This document shows positions 1 through 12,530 of a stretch of DNA of 64,000 bases, in pieces. The DNA is taken from NCBI GenBank assembly GCA_030324005.1, contig JARDVH010000160.1:16407204-16471203 (forward strand), written 5' to 3'. The notes beneath the pieces are model-generated. The model was not told where the DNA came from and searched no databases. It worked only from the letters and a program-made list of their open reading frames with translations. This stretch comes from Negaprion brevirostris (taxonomy: Eukaryota). Both the position numbers and the translations under genes were made by a program. Each line of letters starts with the position of its first letter. Position 1 is the stretch's first letter.

Positions 1-115
1 CAGACACGAGGAGAATGTGCAAACTCCACACAGACAGTGACCCAAACCAGGAATCGAACCCAGGACCCTGGAGCTATGAAGCAGCAGTGCTAACCACTGT
101 ACTACCGTGCTGCCT
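1..115 (-). mobile_element. tRNA-derived SINE (HE1/V-SINE-like), 5' part
   Basis: Reverse complement of the ggcacggtagcacagtggttagcactgctgc...ggttcgattcc head. Confidence 0.85.
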
Positions 116-454
116 GGTTTTGAGAACGTTTGCCTCGTATCTATTTTTAGACTACATTTAATTAATATTTCTTGAGCTCTGTAACATGATATTTACTGCA
201 TTTATCTAAACATCATATTACTTTAACAAAACTAATCTGTACCCAACTTAAGATATGTTTTTTGATCTGGACTACAGGTTATGAAAATATATATATGTTG
301 CAGTGTAATATCAATATATAAATTATAATTAAAAGGCAAAATTAAATTAATTATATGCCCATTTTATGTAGAAATATAAAGTTAAAAAATACACAACTTA
401 AGGGGAACCAAATTGGCTACAAATTGCCTTTTCACATCTGAAATCTTGTTTGAA

Positions 455-1395
455 ATTAATATATATTAATGATCTAGATCTTGGTGTGCAGAGACAATTT
501 CAAAGTTTGCGAATGATACAGTACCTGGTCATGTCAAAAACTGTGAGAAGGACAATGTAAACCATTAAAAAGACATAGAGAGGTTGGTAGAGTGGGCAGA
601 GAGACGTCAAGCGAAGTTCAATGCAGCAAACTGAGATGATGCATTTTGGTAGGAGGAACATGCAGAGACAAAAGAATTTTACCCCTTATTTTCTAAAGGG
701 GGAGCAGAAACAGAGGGACCTGGGTGGAATGTGTAGATCATTGAAAGTGGAGAAAGCAGCTAATAAAGCATATAGTATCTGGGCTTTATTCATGAGGGCA
801 TAGAATACAAGAGCAAGGAACTTATGCTGAACTTCTACAAGACACAAGTTAGACCTCAGCTGGTGTACTGTGTACAGTTCTGGGTGCCACACTATAGGAT
901 GTGAATGCATTGGAGACAGTGCAGATAAGATTTACGAGAATAGTTTTGGGGTGATAATCTTCAGTTACAAGGATAGATTGAAGAGGTTGGGAGTGTTCTT
1001 TTTGGAGAGAAGACTAAGAGGAAATTTGATGGAGATATTCAAAATCATGAGGGGGCTGGACAGAGTAAATAGGGAGAAACTGTTCTCAGTGGGCCTGAGA
1101 ACGAGAGGGCACAGATTTAAAGTGATTTGCAAAAGAAGCAAGTGTGAAGCAAGAGAAGCTCTTTCACAGTGAATGCTTTGGGTCTGGAATGCACTGCCTG
1201 GGAGTATGGTGGAGGCAGATTCAATTGAGGCATTAAGGGGGCATTCGATGATTATTTGAATAAAAATAATACAGAGGAAGGCAGAAAAATTAAAAGTTAA
1301 ATTAATTTTAATTCTAAGTCACAAATGTTTATTTGGAGTGCCGATGCAGATACAATGGGTTGAATGGCCTCCAACTACGTCATAACAATTCAGTG
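455..1395 (+). mobile_element. CR1-type LINE 3' fragment (degenerate RT C-terminus)
   Basis: Remnants such as SYKDRLKRLGVFFLERRLRGNLMEIFKIMRGLDRVNREKLF...RTRGHRFKV, followed by a CR1 3' tail. Confidence 0.9.
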
Positions 1396-2279
1396 GTCTT
1401 GTGATTAAAAGTGAATACAAAATGGTAGGAAAGAAGTCTTCTCCTACTGGTGAGTGAAGGGTGCGACACAAATCACATTTGGCTAGTCTTAAGTCCATTT
1501 CTACTAGACGTAGCTCTACACTGAAAACATCAAGTTTCTCCACATTGATAAACTGCTGACTAGCACAAGAAAGTGTCAATGTTAACATGTTTTTTGTTAC
1601 AAATTGCATTCAATAGTATTTTAGGGTAAAGTTTGGGAAGTGCTATACAATAATAAGATAACAAATGGAATGTTTTATCAAATTACTGCCAAATTAGCTG
1701 TTATGTCTCTTTTTGTAAGTCAATTTCATGGATTTGAGCACAGAAATGGGGAAATTGTTTTTTTGCCAATTACCTCGTAGCCTCTTCCCTCTTTGCAGGT
1801 TCAAACTGGTTCTATGAACTTATGGTACCCAAAGCAAATGGCACAAATCCCCAACAAAATTTCAAGATCCTCTTGGGCATTTATTTATAGATTCAATGCA
1901 TAAATTAATGCTGAATGTCTAAAATTGATTCTTATTAAATTGTTGAGTAAGCCAATTAGTAGCAACCTGACCTATTTTATGATTTGATTCAGTAACGTTA
2001 GCTTCCTCTTCAGAAAACAAGAGCAGAACCTTTCTATTGACAGCCAGCATAGCATTTATTAAGACTGCCATTATGATTTCTCCACACTTAAAAACAGAGC
2101 CAACAATTTCTCCAAAAATTGTGAGTGGCTAGGAAATGCTAATCCCCACAATGGAGCTATCCAGGTCAAGTGTGCAGAATGCACCAACCCATACTCTTAT
2201 CGTACACTGATGAAAACTGGGGACACTGGGAATGGGTCTAGAAATCCCAGAACTGGGTTCTGATTAAAAAGTCTGTGTT

Positions 2280-2750
2280 GCCTGGGATGGAGCATTTGAG
2301 CTATAAGGAGAGACTATATATAGGGCTGGATTGATTTCTTTACAGCAGGGAAGATTGAGGAGTGGGGGGAAAGAGGACATGATTGAGGTGTATATGATTA
2401 TGACGGATATGGATAGGGTGGGTAGGAGTCAAGGCAGAGGTCAAAAATTCCCAATGAACACAAGAGTCAAAGGTTATTTGAGGTACCTGAAAGTAGGGCT
2501 GAGACCACAGCCAGATCAGCCACGGTCTTATTGAAGGGCCGAACAGGCTCGAGAGGCCAAATGGTTACTCCTCCTCCTAATTTGCATGTTGAATCATGCT
2601 TTTCGAAAGGAGATGGAATAATTACCTAAATAGGAATAAAGTACAAGATTATGGAAAAAAGAATGGGATTGAGTTGACCCTGTAAGAGTCAGCACAAATA
2701 CAGCAGGCCAAATAGCCTCCTCCTGTTCTATAACTATTGTATAATTCTAC
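2280..2750 (+). mobile_element. CR1 LINE 3' fragments
   Basis: DMIEVYMIMTDMDRV remnant; gatcagccac...gaacaggctcgagaggccaaatgg tail. Confidence 0.7.
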
Positions 2751-3709
2751 ATTGCTCTCAGTATTTGTTATTCTGGTAACAATAGGTAGATTTTTCCTTA
2801 AATATAGGAGAGCTTATCCAACATTTGGGATGGGTTTCAGAACTAATTACTAACAGGTGGTCCTGGGCTTATGACCTTTTAATTATGTTTTAACCAGTCT
2901 TGGAAACTTTTGTCTTTCCTGAGCAAATGATTTATTCTTTCCCTCTGCAGTCACGCTGTGATTTTGACAAATTAGTATATGGACAAATTGATACATCCCC
3001 TAGACTTCAAAAATACGTTGATTATCACAGTGTTAGAATAACGCCATTGGTAACATTAGGAGAAGCTAGTGAATCAAAGCTTTAATAGAAGAAACGAAAA
3101 AAATCACAAATATTTATTATTCAATTATTAAATAAATATTTAAACATATTTTTACTCTGGCTTTGCATTTTTTTATACTCTGATTCTGATCATCTTTTCC
3201 TGTTTTTATCCTTTTTTCTATTCAAGCTTTGATCCAATTTCTTCTTCTAATGTTACAAATGGCATTATTTATTCCTGATTTAGTTTACTTTACAATATTT
3301 ACTATCCACATCGCTTGCACTTTCACAGATCTGCACGTCTGAATGACACATCACAGGTAAAATGTTGTGTCTAATTAAATGAGAATGATAATTTTGTTAG
3401 CTCTGCGAGTGTAAAGACATTTGACTTATTTATATCATTGAATCAAACATGTCAAGCCTAGCATGGCTTTTGTTTAACAGAAATGCAGGGGTTTTTTTCC
3501 CCAGTTGACTTACCTTGGTGCCTATGAAAGCAAGCACTGCAAACCTAATTAACTTACCAATCCTTTCCATAATAATACTCTTCCCTGTAAAATTCTCTTT
3601 TACACGGGGCAGCACTGTAATACAGAGCACCAGACAATGAACCCATCTCATTGTTTCCCATTCAGTGATTTTCTGACCTTAGTCAATCCATCATAGTTTC
3701 ATGGATTAA

Positions 3710-4035
3710 TAGAATCATAGAATCCTACGGTGCAGAAGGAGGCCATTCGGCCTATTCAGTCTGCACCAATCACAATCCCACCCTGGCCCTATCCCCATAA
3801 CCCCACGCATTTACCCTAGCTAGACACCCTGATACCCAGGGGCAATTTAGCTTGGCCACTCCACCTAACCCACAAATCTTTGGAACTGTGGGAGGAAACC
3901 GGAGTACCTGGAGGAAATCCACGCACTTACGGGGAGAACGTGCAAACTTCACACAGACAGTACCCAAGCTGGGAATTGAACCTGAGTCTCTGGTGCTGTG
4001 AGGCAGCAGTGCTAACCACTGTGCCATCATGCCAT
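3710..4035 (-). mobile_element. HE1-like SINE, near full length
   Basis: tRNA head, V-domain (gtgggaggaaaccggag...tgcaaacttcacacagacag) and CR1-type tail (atagaatc)n. Confidence 0.88.
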
Positions 4036-4069
4036 TCTTCAGTCAAACACATTGAAGGATATAGAAATT

Positions 4070-5015
4070 GAAGCTGAATTTCACAGACAAGGAGGGAACA
4101 TGGTGGTTGACACTGTCACACCTCTGAGCAACCTGTTAAAGGTCATTAGTTCTTCAGAGTATTCATTGCATTAAGGGTTGAATTTGCCCTGCTAAGACAG
4201 GTAGTTCTAGTTGGGAAATTTCCTGACCTGCAAGGCAGTCTAGGCAGTCACAAGGGCTGTTGAGTGCCAACGTGGCAGCTCAGGTTTCAGGGACTTTGCT
4301 CCAGTTGTTTTAGTAGCTGTTCGGCCCTCCTGACACCCCTTCAGGCCCCCACTTAATCCCCAAGGTCCACAGTTGCTCCCATCCCTCCTCATAAACCTCA
4401 AGACCCCTTCACGGCAACTCATGACTCCCCCAACTCTATCTTCCATTTCTCCTCATGCTCTCATACCAATGTTAAAGCCACTCACCCAGTTTTCATCATG
4501 GGGAGGGGGGGGGAAGATATCAGGGGGTGATTCTTCCAAAAAAATTCTAATTGGCAGGAAAAATGGTGCATTTCCTGATTGTTTTTCAGTGGGAGTTCAG
4601 ACTCAAATCTCCCATGGTCTGTGGGAACGGGGTCTATTCACACCCAAGTCTGACAGTTCCGGAACTCTGCGCGTGTGCGGTGGTTCTGAACTGTCAGCCT
4701 CCTGTTTGCTGACCAGCTCGAATTGCTGGCCAGCCTGGGACCTTCATACTGCGGCCCTTCCATCCCCCCAGAGCCCAATTACAGCCCCCATGACCATTCC
4801 CAGNNNNNNNNNNNNNNNNNNNNNNNNNNNNNNNNNNNNNNNNNNNNNNNNNNNNNNNNNNNNNNNNNNNNNNNNNNNNNNNNNNNNNNNNNNNNNNNNN
4901 NNNCGGGGTCTTCCAGTAGTTCCCCGAAAGCATGGAGCTACTCTAAACCCTGCCAGAATGAAATTGTACCGGTGAGGTGGGAGATGCTATCGGGCCTGGA
5001 TAATTCAGCCCCCGG
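4070..5015. mobile_element. GC-rich TIR element (MITE / non-autonomous DNA transposon, possibly Harbinger-like)
   Basis: Termini gctgaattt.../...ataattcagcccc; GC-rich with an internal gap. Confidence 0.45.
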
Positions 5016-6389
5016 CCTGATATTCACATTTAAATTACATTACAAATAGATTAAAATCACTTACCTGGTCTTCCCACTGGTTTCCAATGTGGTCCTGACC
5101 GAGCCTGCTCTCCGGCAGTGGGAGATACATGCATCGGGAACGCATTCATGAATTGGCTCACACGCGCGTCTCCCAACCCAACAAAAAATTAGAGGGTGGG
5201 AATGGGCGAGTCGGGGGGGGGGGGGGCGCCNNNNNNNNNNGGGTGGTATTGGGAGCGTCGCCCCCCCCCCCCCCAAAAACCAGGAGTTATGTACAGAAAA
5301 AGAAACTTCCAATCTAATACATCTGTCAGTCATACAAACTTGATAATGAAAAAATTCTCTTCTTTGAAACGCATTCAAAGCTCTTAAATCTCAGGTCTCT
5401 AATGAACACAAACTTCTATTCAGATCCCACATCAAAGATTGCAAATATTTTAATAGCCATTTTAAACTATCAAACTGTGAACTCAGAATGCACTGCTGAG
5501 TTTTGACACTCAGCCAAGCATTCATAATGATAATATACTAGCCCCTGGGAAATTTTGGCAAGAGCTCTATTAAAACATCATGAACAGATGGTAATTTTTT
5601 AATAACCTCCACCAGATGTCCTGTCAATCTAAAAAGATCAGCAAACTTAATTTTAAACTTTGACAACATCAACCTCTTTTTCATTACACGTAAATAGAGC
5701 TCATTCACTCTTCAAGAACATTTACATCTATATCATCAATTCAAGACATGTATACTGCAGAGTAAGACCCTTGGAACATCCAAAATTGGATATTTTTGAA
5801 CGCAATACTCAGCTGATATGATCCTGTTGAGGTCAGATTCCTGTCCTGTGTGAATTATGCCTCACCAGCAAAGTTTGGCTCTGTCAGAATCATACTGGAA
5901 CTTCCACATCAGGGTTCTGCCCCATAATTTCTAAAAAGTCCACAGAATCTTCCCCATTCCACAACAGCCCAGTCCTAATTGTAGTGTTCTGACATTAATT
6001 ATCTTTGGACAGATAAGTAATCAATCCCTCTCAAAGTTTTGTTTTGCAGGTTTTAGTTGAAGTTGCAAGATCATATTTAACACATGCTCTTTATGCGATC
6101 TGTTAAATGGCAACTTGTGCAAAATTGGCAGGAATTTGTTTGAGAGATTTACATGTTGTCTTGTTCATTTAAATCTCCCCAGTCTCTGATTAATACTCTC
6201 AGAAATCAATCCATGTCCATGCATGTGTAATTGTCCTGGTCGAGACGTGATGGAAAATAAATCCATTTCCCAGTCAGCCTGACTGCCTTATAAATTTCTA
6301 CTTTTTCTCTATTTGTCAAAACGGACAATTGTTGGGCCGATAAAATGTTTCCAGCTGATCATATGCAAGCTTCCGCATGTTTCTGAGCA

Positions 6390-7412
6390 GTTAGAAAGTA
6401 AACAAAGGCGAATACATCACACGTCCTAGAATGTAACACTCCTTACATTGTAAAACAGTCCAGCCACGCCAACACAATGGTTTCACAGACAAGATATCTG
6501 CCCCAGGCAGGTATGAACAAAGGAGGTTGTTTGCAACTTCTAGTCTCCAATCTAGTGCTAAAACTCCAAGTGTTACCTGATCCAACACACAATAGCTTGG
6601 GACCGGGGGGTCTCATTCAACAACTTGAATGCTGTGTCTCCAAGAACAAAAAGAATCCTGACTCTGTAGTAAAATCCTCAAGGTTCCAGCACTGAGGAAA
6701 TACAGCCTTTGTCCAACATCTAGGAAAAATGGTGGGTAGTAAGTCACATGACCTCCCCCAAACTGTTAGAGATTATAATACTGCCCTGCAGACCTGAACT
6801 CGGGTAGTTATGCTTTGAAGAGATTCAGTAGCTCCAAGCGAGCAGCCTGTGCTGTCTATCATCTTACGACCAAGTAGGTGGCAACAGAAAGACCTCGGAT
6901 CCTTATCAAAACTGAAAACTACTGGATTAGAAGATTGGAATGTGTGTCTTCAAGACAAACTCAACTCCATGTGCCTTCTATCCTGGGAGAAGTTTCACTT
7001 CTGTAAAGACAGATCACCCTGAACAGTTAATCTCTCCTCTGAAGGAACATTCTATAAGACTTTTGATTCTGAAATGCGGACACATCTAAAACATTTATGG
7101 TTGTATTTTATTATGGACTGGACCTGAACCTTTCCTGTCCTTTATACCTCTTTATATTGTGTGAGTGTTGAAGGGAGAAATGTTGTGAAACCCCGTGTGT
7201 GTATGTGTAAAAATAAACCAACCACTTTATTTTAACTTACCTCGGGTTCGCTGTGCAAATCATTTATCGAGGATTGGTACACTCCAAGTTCAAGGGTTGA
7301 GGAAAATACACCAACATTTACAAAAGGGGGAAATTTAAAAAACTTAAGTTCATGGATGGGTAGTGAGGGGAGAAAGCAGGACTGTTTAAATTAACTCCTC
7401 TCCAGTCGATAA
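6390..7412 (+). mobile_element. Probable solo LTR
   Basis: ~1 kb block of distinct composition with gtcacatgac, a TATA-like tataat, (tg)n followed by AATAAAcc (~7212) and an end resembling ...cagtcgataac. No internal domains; boundaries uncertain. Confidence 0.4.
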
Positions 7413-10073
7413 CTGTAATCAAAATAAACAATGCAACATATCTTAATGAGACTATACCTGGGATATTCTATACAATCTGGACAATAGACTTTAGAGAAGG
7501 ATGATATGGCAAGCTTCCATTTATGAAAGATAACAGTCATGCAACAAACAAATCCATTTCATAAGGCATGTTTCCAATTGACACACCTTTGCTGATAAAG
7601 AGGCCAGGCCATAAGGGGCAGGTTCTTGATTTGATTTATTATTGTCATACATCTTAGTATACAGTGAAAATTATTTCTTGCACTCTATACAGACAAGGCA
7701 TACTGTTCATAGAGAAGGAAAGGAGACAGTGCAGAAAGTAATGTTGCAATCATAGCTACGGTATAGAGAAAGATCAACTTAGTGCATTGTTAGAAATTTT
7801 CAGAGTTACAATGAAGTTTTAGAAGCATAGAACAAGAGTAAAAAAAAGTAAAAGATAGAATTAGAAGGTATGCTGTGCACAACTTGCAAAAAGCCACCTC
7901 ACTCCAGGACCATCTTGAGAAAAAAAGGCGGTATGAGGCAGATTCTGCCATAAGTGCCACACATGAAGCTACTGTGTCATTATGGGCTGTTGTCGTTGGT
8001 GTCATCTGTTGCCAAGCCTTTTTCACCAATCGACTTTGTGATGGTCGATGTCAACCCATAGGAGGTGTAGCTATTTTCCTCTGTTGTCAGCTGGTTTCTC
8101 CCAGGTGCAATAAGCAATGTTCAAAGCCTTCATGCCAATTCTTGAAGTGGAGGAATAGAGACAACACTAAAGGATTCAGGAAAGAATGACATGAAAAACT
8201 GCAGGTTTTCGCTTCACCAGTTCTACAGAGACACTGAGGAAAATTAAGTGTATTCGGATTTAAAGAAAGGAAGATTAAGAGACTAAAGTAACGGATCAAG
8301 AAGTGGAAATAAGCCTTTGTGATCAGGATGAATCGAAGACCATCAATGTGTAGACTGCAGAGAAACAAGTGATGAACTTTTGGGACGAAACTTAGTGATG
8401 TTTTACTTCCCTTATGACTTTAACTCCAATGGTGTTCAATACCCTGAAAGCTCTGAAGATCTTTGATTTGTTATACCAAAGTTAAGGACAAATAAGACTA
8501 AAATTCTTTGCTACTTTCAAGCAAGCAATAGAGTTTTTTTTGTTGGCTTTTAATTTAATATATTTACCTTTAGCAATCTTTAAATAAAGTAAGACAATGG
8601 CACAAATTAGTGCATCTGTGTACTGGATGGTACAGATTTCTATCTGGAGTTATCCACACATGACCTTGATTAGACTGTCTGCAATAGAGACAGTTATTTT
8701 CCTATTGAGGAAGGAAAATAAGAGGGCAATTACCCTCAGGTCATTCACATGCTTTTTGTAACCTTGACTGAAAAGTGATGTTGGCAGAGGTCCAGGTCTA
8801 AGAGCTGGTCTGCCCTTAGGCCCAAAGAATAAGGTGTGGTGAGACACAAGATAACGTTTTTTAAAGAACAAAGAAAAACATGTTTAATAATGATTGGTTT
8901 AGTATATCTAGATATCTGTGAAAGGCAGTGGAGACAAACACTCGGGAATAATTCAACTTTGTAATTCCATGCTGGGAGAATTTAAGGTCTTTATTGGTCA
9001 AAATGAATCAATAGACATTCCTGATTGTTTATGCATGTCCACATGTCCTTAAAGATGTTTTTTAAAAAAATTATTGAAATTAATCATGCATAAATTTTCT
9101 TATGCTACTTTTTATTGAACTGAAGGTTAGATAAAAGCAATGCTGACCAAGATTTTGGAAAAAAAACTCAGAAAATGCTTCTGAAAAAATAAAGATGTTC
9201 GAAAAAAATAAAAATGCCCTAAGAAACACTGCAATGGAAACATTGATCAGTGTACAAATGCATTTCCCCAGCAGAAAAGGGATGACGAGAATCACGTACT
9301 GAAATCTCTCAGGATGAAAATTCCAATATATTTTTCATGACATCCTCTGCATAGTCAGAATGGTCAAAGAAGGTTTTTATTTAGACCCATAGTTCATCAG
9401 TCTATCATATGAATGGAAAATAAAGAAACGCATATTCTAAATAAAGATGTCTTTGACCCATATAACAAAGAATAATCTATTACATCTAAAGCTGGCTCTC
9501 TCCGAGGATCAGAGAATTAAAAGTACAAGGCATAGAGTCATACATCATGAAATGTGCATAGTTAGAATGGTTAATCGTTTAATTTCCAAGTACGGGATTG
9601 TACAATGATATTTGCTGTTCTGTCACACGCTAAATAACCAATTACAGTTTTGTCTCCCTGAGCTTATTATATTCCACTTTCTGCAGTACATACAAGGTAA
9701 ATTGTGAACTGACATTTTGGTTGCGATTAAGGCTAATCACGTCAGCTGCTCACCCTATTAAGTTAAAAGAGCCTTTGGATCAGAACTCAAAATAATTGGC
9801 TGTAATAATCGATGGATCCAGGGAATTGCTAGGTAAATGTGTGACATTGATTGTCCTATAAATGGAGACAGCAGGGAAACTTTGGGTAGAGGGCTTCTTA
9901 TAAGTTAGTAACACTGAGGAAGTGTTTCACAATAAACCACCTTGAACCTAAATGACCGAGTCTGGATTGATTTGTCCATGATGTGGAGATGCCAGAGTTG
10001 GACTGGGGTAAACACAGTAAGCAGTCTCACAACACCAGGTTAAAGTCCAACAGGTTATTTTTGGTAGTAAATG

Positions 10074-10110
10074 CCACTAGCTTTCAGAGTGCTGCTCCTT
10101 CATCAGGTGA
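10074..10110 (-). ncRNA. Minimal type I hammerhead ribozyme motif
   Basis: Minus strand TCAC CTGATGA AGGAGC AGC ACTCT GAAA GCT A GTGG: both core boxes, stem II, palindromic AGCT stem III and stem I CAC/GTG. Confidence 0.7.
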
Positions 10111-10136
10111 GCGAGAGTCAGGTGAGAACTCCCCAC

Positions 10137-10172
10137 TCACCTGATGAAGGAGCAGTGCTCCGAAAGCTATTG
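10137..10172 (+). ncRNA. Minimal type I hammerhead ribozyme motif (stem I weakened)
   Basis: TCAC CTGATGA A GGAGC AGT GCTCC GAAA GCT A TTG: perfect 5-bp stem II. Confidence 0.65.
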
Positions 10173-12366
10173 GTGTTTACGACCAAATAAACCTGTTGGA
10201 CTTTAATCTGGTGTTGTGAAACTTACTTGATTCATCCATTGCAGCCACTTGTTGGTAGTAACAATAGTAGCAGAAGATGAGCTTTAAGTTTGGTGATTGA
10301 CTGTGGAATATGAAGCCTTTTGTCTGTAACAATGGTCACAGAGGATGAGCTTTAAGCTTGGTGATTAACTGCAGAATATGTTTCAATCATCTGAGGGAAA
10401 ACAAGTGTATTGTTGCTGACAATTGAAATTATGGAATGGTGGAAGGTTGGTGGAAAATTTCAAGTTTTGACTGTCCACCATGTTTTTTTCTGACTCTGAA
10501 CCATATCAGCAATGGAAAGCTGAAGTTGAAATATGGACCTGGGTTATTTCCATATCGAAACTGAAGCAAAATACAGCATTAACATTATCGTTAGCATCCA
10601 AAATGATATTATGCAAGCAGAAAATCTTTAATTAAAGCTGAGGTTTCAAGGAGAATTCGACAAGCTCTACGGTATCTCATAAGGCATCAGGGATACAGTT
10701 TCAGCAAGGAGGTATGGTATATTATGAAAGAGAAGGCCAAAAAGAGTGGAAAGGCCTGGCAAGATAATAGAGAGTAAAAGGGAAATAGTAACTACACAAC
10801 ACAGTAATCAGATTGTTTGGGTCTATTCTTCATGGTTGATTGGTACAGACTATACATTCACAGGTTCTGAACAGCACATAGCAAGTGAGAAGACACTTCA
10901 CATACATGCATTGAGTCAATATAAGGAGCAGATGATGTTAGGCATAAGATTGACAGACTAAAAACAAGGTAATATTGAGGCATAGGATAATGTCATTTCT
11001 GCAAAAAGGGCAACTGCCTAAAACAGGCACAAAGGTAACATATATATCAGAAGGGGCCAGTGTGTGGAGGGATGTCACCACAATAGGGAGAGCTGGAAAA
11101 ACCTCTGGTAAATACCAAAAATTGGTTCACCCATGGAGTGTTCTTGTAACAATTGGTCTCTTTGGGACAATGTTCATTCAACAAAGAATGTAACTGAGGA
11201 AAGGCTGAATAGGTCAGGCCTGTATGAAAGAGAAGGGAAATCTCTGAAATACAATAGGTTGACAAATGTCAGACTGTTTCACAAGAAGAATTGTTTGCTC
11301 TACGAAATTACCAAACGTATCAAAAGAGGAGATGACTTATGTAATAATGAAATTAAAAACTAATTTCTGTTTTATAATGGCTTATGTACAGTTGGTAAAG
11401 GAATTATATATTTGGAAATGTGAGATAATTTATTTCTGTTTAGATTCAAAAGAATGTTCTTTTTTTCTTTCAAAACTTTAATTTAAAAACGAAGGGAATT
11501 TGTCAGTGTACTATTAATCACAGCGTATGGCAATTATCTTGTTAAGGGAATTGCTCGGTGAACATGTGACATTGATTGTCCTATAAATAGAGATTGGCTG
11601 GAACACTTTGGACGGAGAGCTTCTTGTAAGTTAGTAACACTGAGGAAGTATCTCACAATAAACTGGCTTGAACTGAAAAGACCAGTATGGATTGATTCTT
11701 CCATCGCAGCTACTTGTTGTGAGAAACAATTATAATGCCATGGCNNNNNNNNNNNNNNNNNNNNNNNNNNNNNNNNNAGAGCAGATAGCCTGTGGATTAA
11801 CATCTTATGTGAGTGTGGCACCATGAACATTTAAAGCCCACCCTCAATACTCCATTGGAGTGTCAGCCTAGATATTTGTGCTGACTCTCTGGAATGGGTG
11901 AGAGAGTTAGCAACTGAGTCACAGCTGATACTCAAAAAACATTTACAATGTTTCTACTACACCTAGTGACAAGAGCAAGTTTCTTAACCATTAGATTGAT
12001 TTTTTTTCCACAAAAATAGCATCCTTTTCTTTCTTGTACTAATCTAAAAATAATTTCAGTACTGTCTTAGAGTGCAACTTGCTTTCCAGCTGTAGCCATC
12101 TAAATATAGAACAAAACTGATCATAATTCCATCCAAATTAACCATTTTATAACAAAGACAGATTGATGGCATGGAAGATATGTCAGAATGCGGCAATGGG
12201 ATTACTCTATAGAGACTAATCTGAAGAACATTATTGCTGCAAAGTTTTAGACTGAGTTTCAAGGTGTATATAACCTATGCTATGCAATCAGGGTTGCTCT
12301 GCTACAACTTTTCTCAAAGTAATCTTGAGGTGAATTCAGACTGATTTGTGCCTTTGTCTCTTACAG

Positions 12367-12530
12367 TCCGCGGTTGTTGGCTAGTCTGTGTCGAGGTTCC
12401 ATCAGACACTGAAGCTCTGCATGGAACCAACATGAAACTCACCTGCATTTCCTGTATGAAGAGAGAAGAAGTGAATACAGACACCATGGTCGAATGGACT
12501 TACGTCAGTAATGATGGGAAGGAAATATCT
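12367..12530 (+). CDS. SCN3B: Sodium channel beta-3 subunit, coding exon (end of signal peptide, N-terminal half of Ig V domain)
   Basis: Bounded by tctcttacag| and |gtatgt; 164 bp. Translates (V)RGCWLVCVEVPSDTEALHGTNMKLTCISCMKREEVNTDTMVEWTYVSNDGKEIS, matching recalled human beta-3 VCVEVPSETEAVQGNPMKLRCISCMKREEV. Confidence 0.97.

Larger units (their letters stand above)
9980..10227. mobile_element. Palindromic Penelope-derived non-autonomous element (family A) with two inverted hammerhead motifs, nested in the Copia 5' LTR
   Basis: Inverted arms ~10017-10110 and ~10137-10227. ~12 bp TSD tgatttgtccat (9968-9979) / tgattcatccat (10228-10239); the empty site tgattcttccat is seen in the 3' LTR. 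Confidence 0.8.
9801..11728 (+). mobile_element. Internally deleted Ty1/Copia (GalEa-like) LTR retrotransposon relic
   Basis: LTR direct repeats at ~9801-10263 and 11501-11728 share gtgacattgattgtcctataaat...taagttagtaacactgaggaagt...cacaataaac. tRNA-iMet-like PBS motifs at ~10265 (tagtagcagaagatg) and ~10333 (tggtcacagaggatg); purine tract aaaaacgaagggaa before the 3' LTR. Remnants: EPYQQWKAEVEIWTWV (gag), PGKIIES... (post-integrase) and DCFTRR (Copia RNase H ADxxTK-like end). Confidence 0.72.

Noticed and set aside
4373-4975. 200-aa ORF
   Set aside because: Lies in a GC-rich TIR-type repeat and crosses a gap; no recognisable domain.
1-12366. Search for the SCN3B signal-peptide exon (donor-like sites at ~3357 and ~9697)
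   Set aside because: No ATG-initiated hydrophobic ~55-nt phase-1 exon was recognised; it is probably upstream of the window or in a gap.
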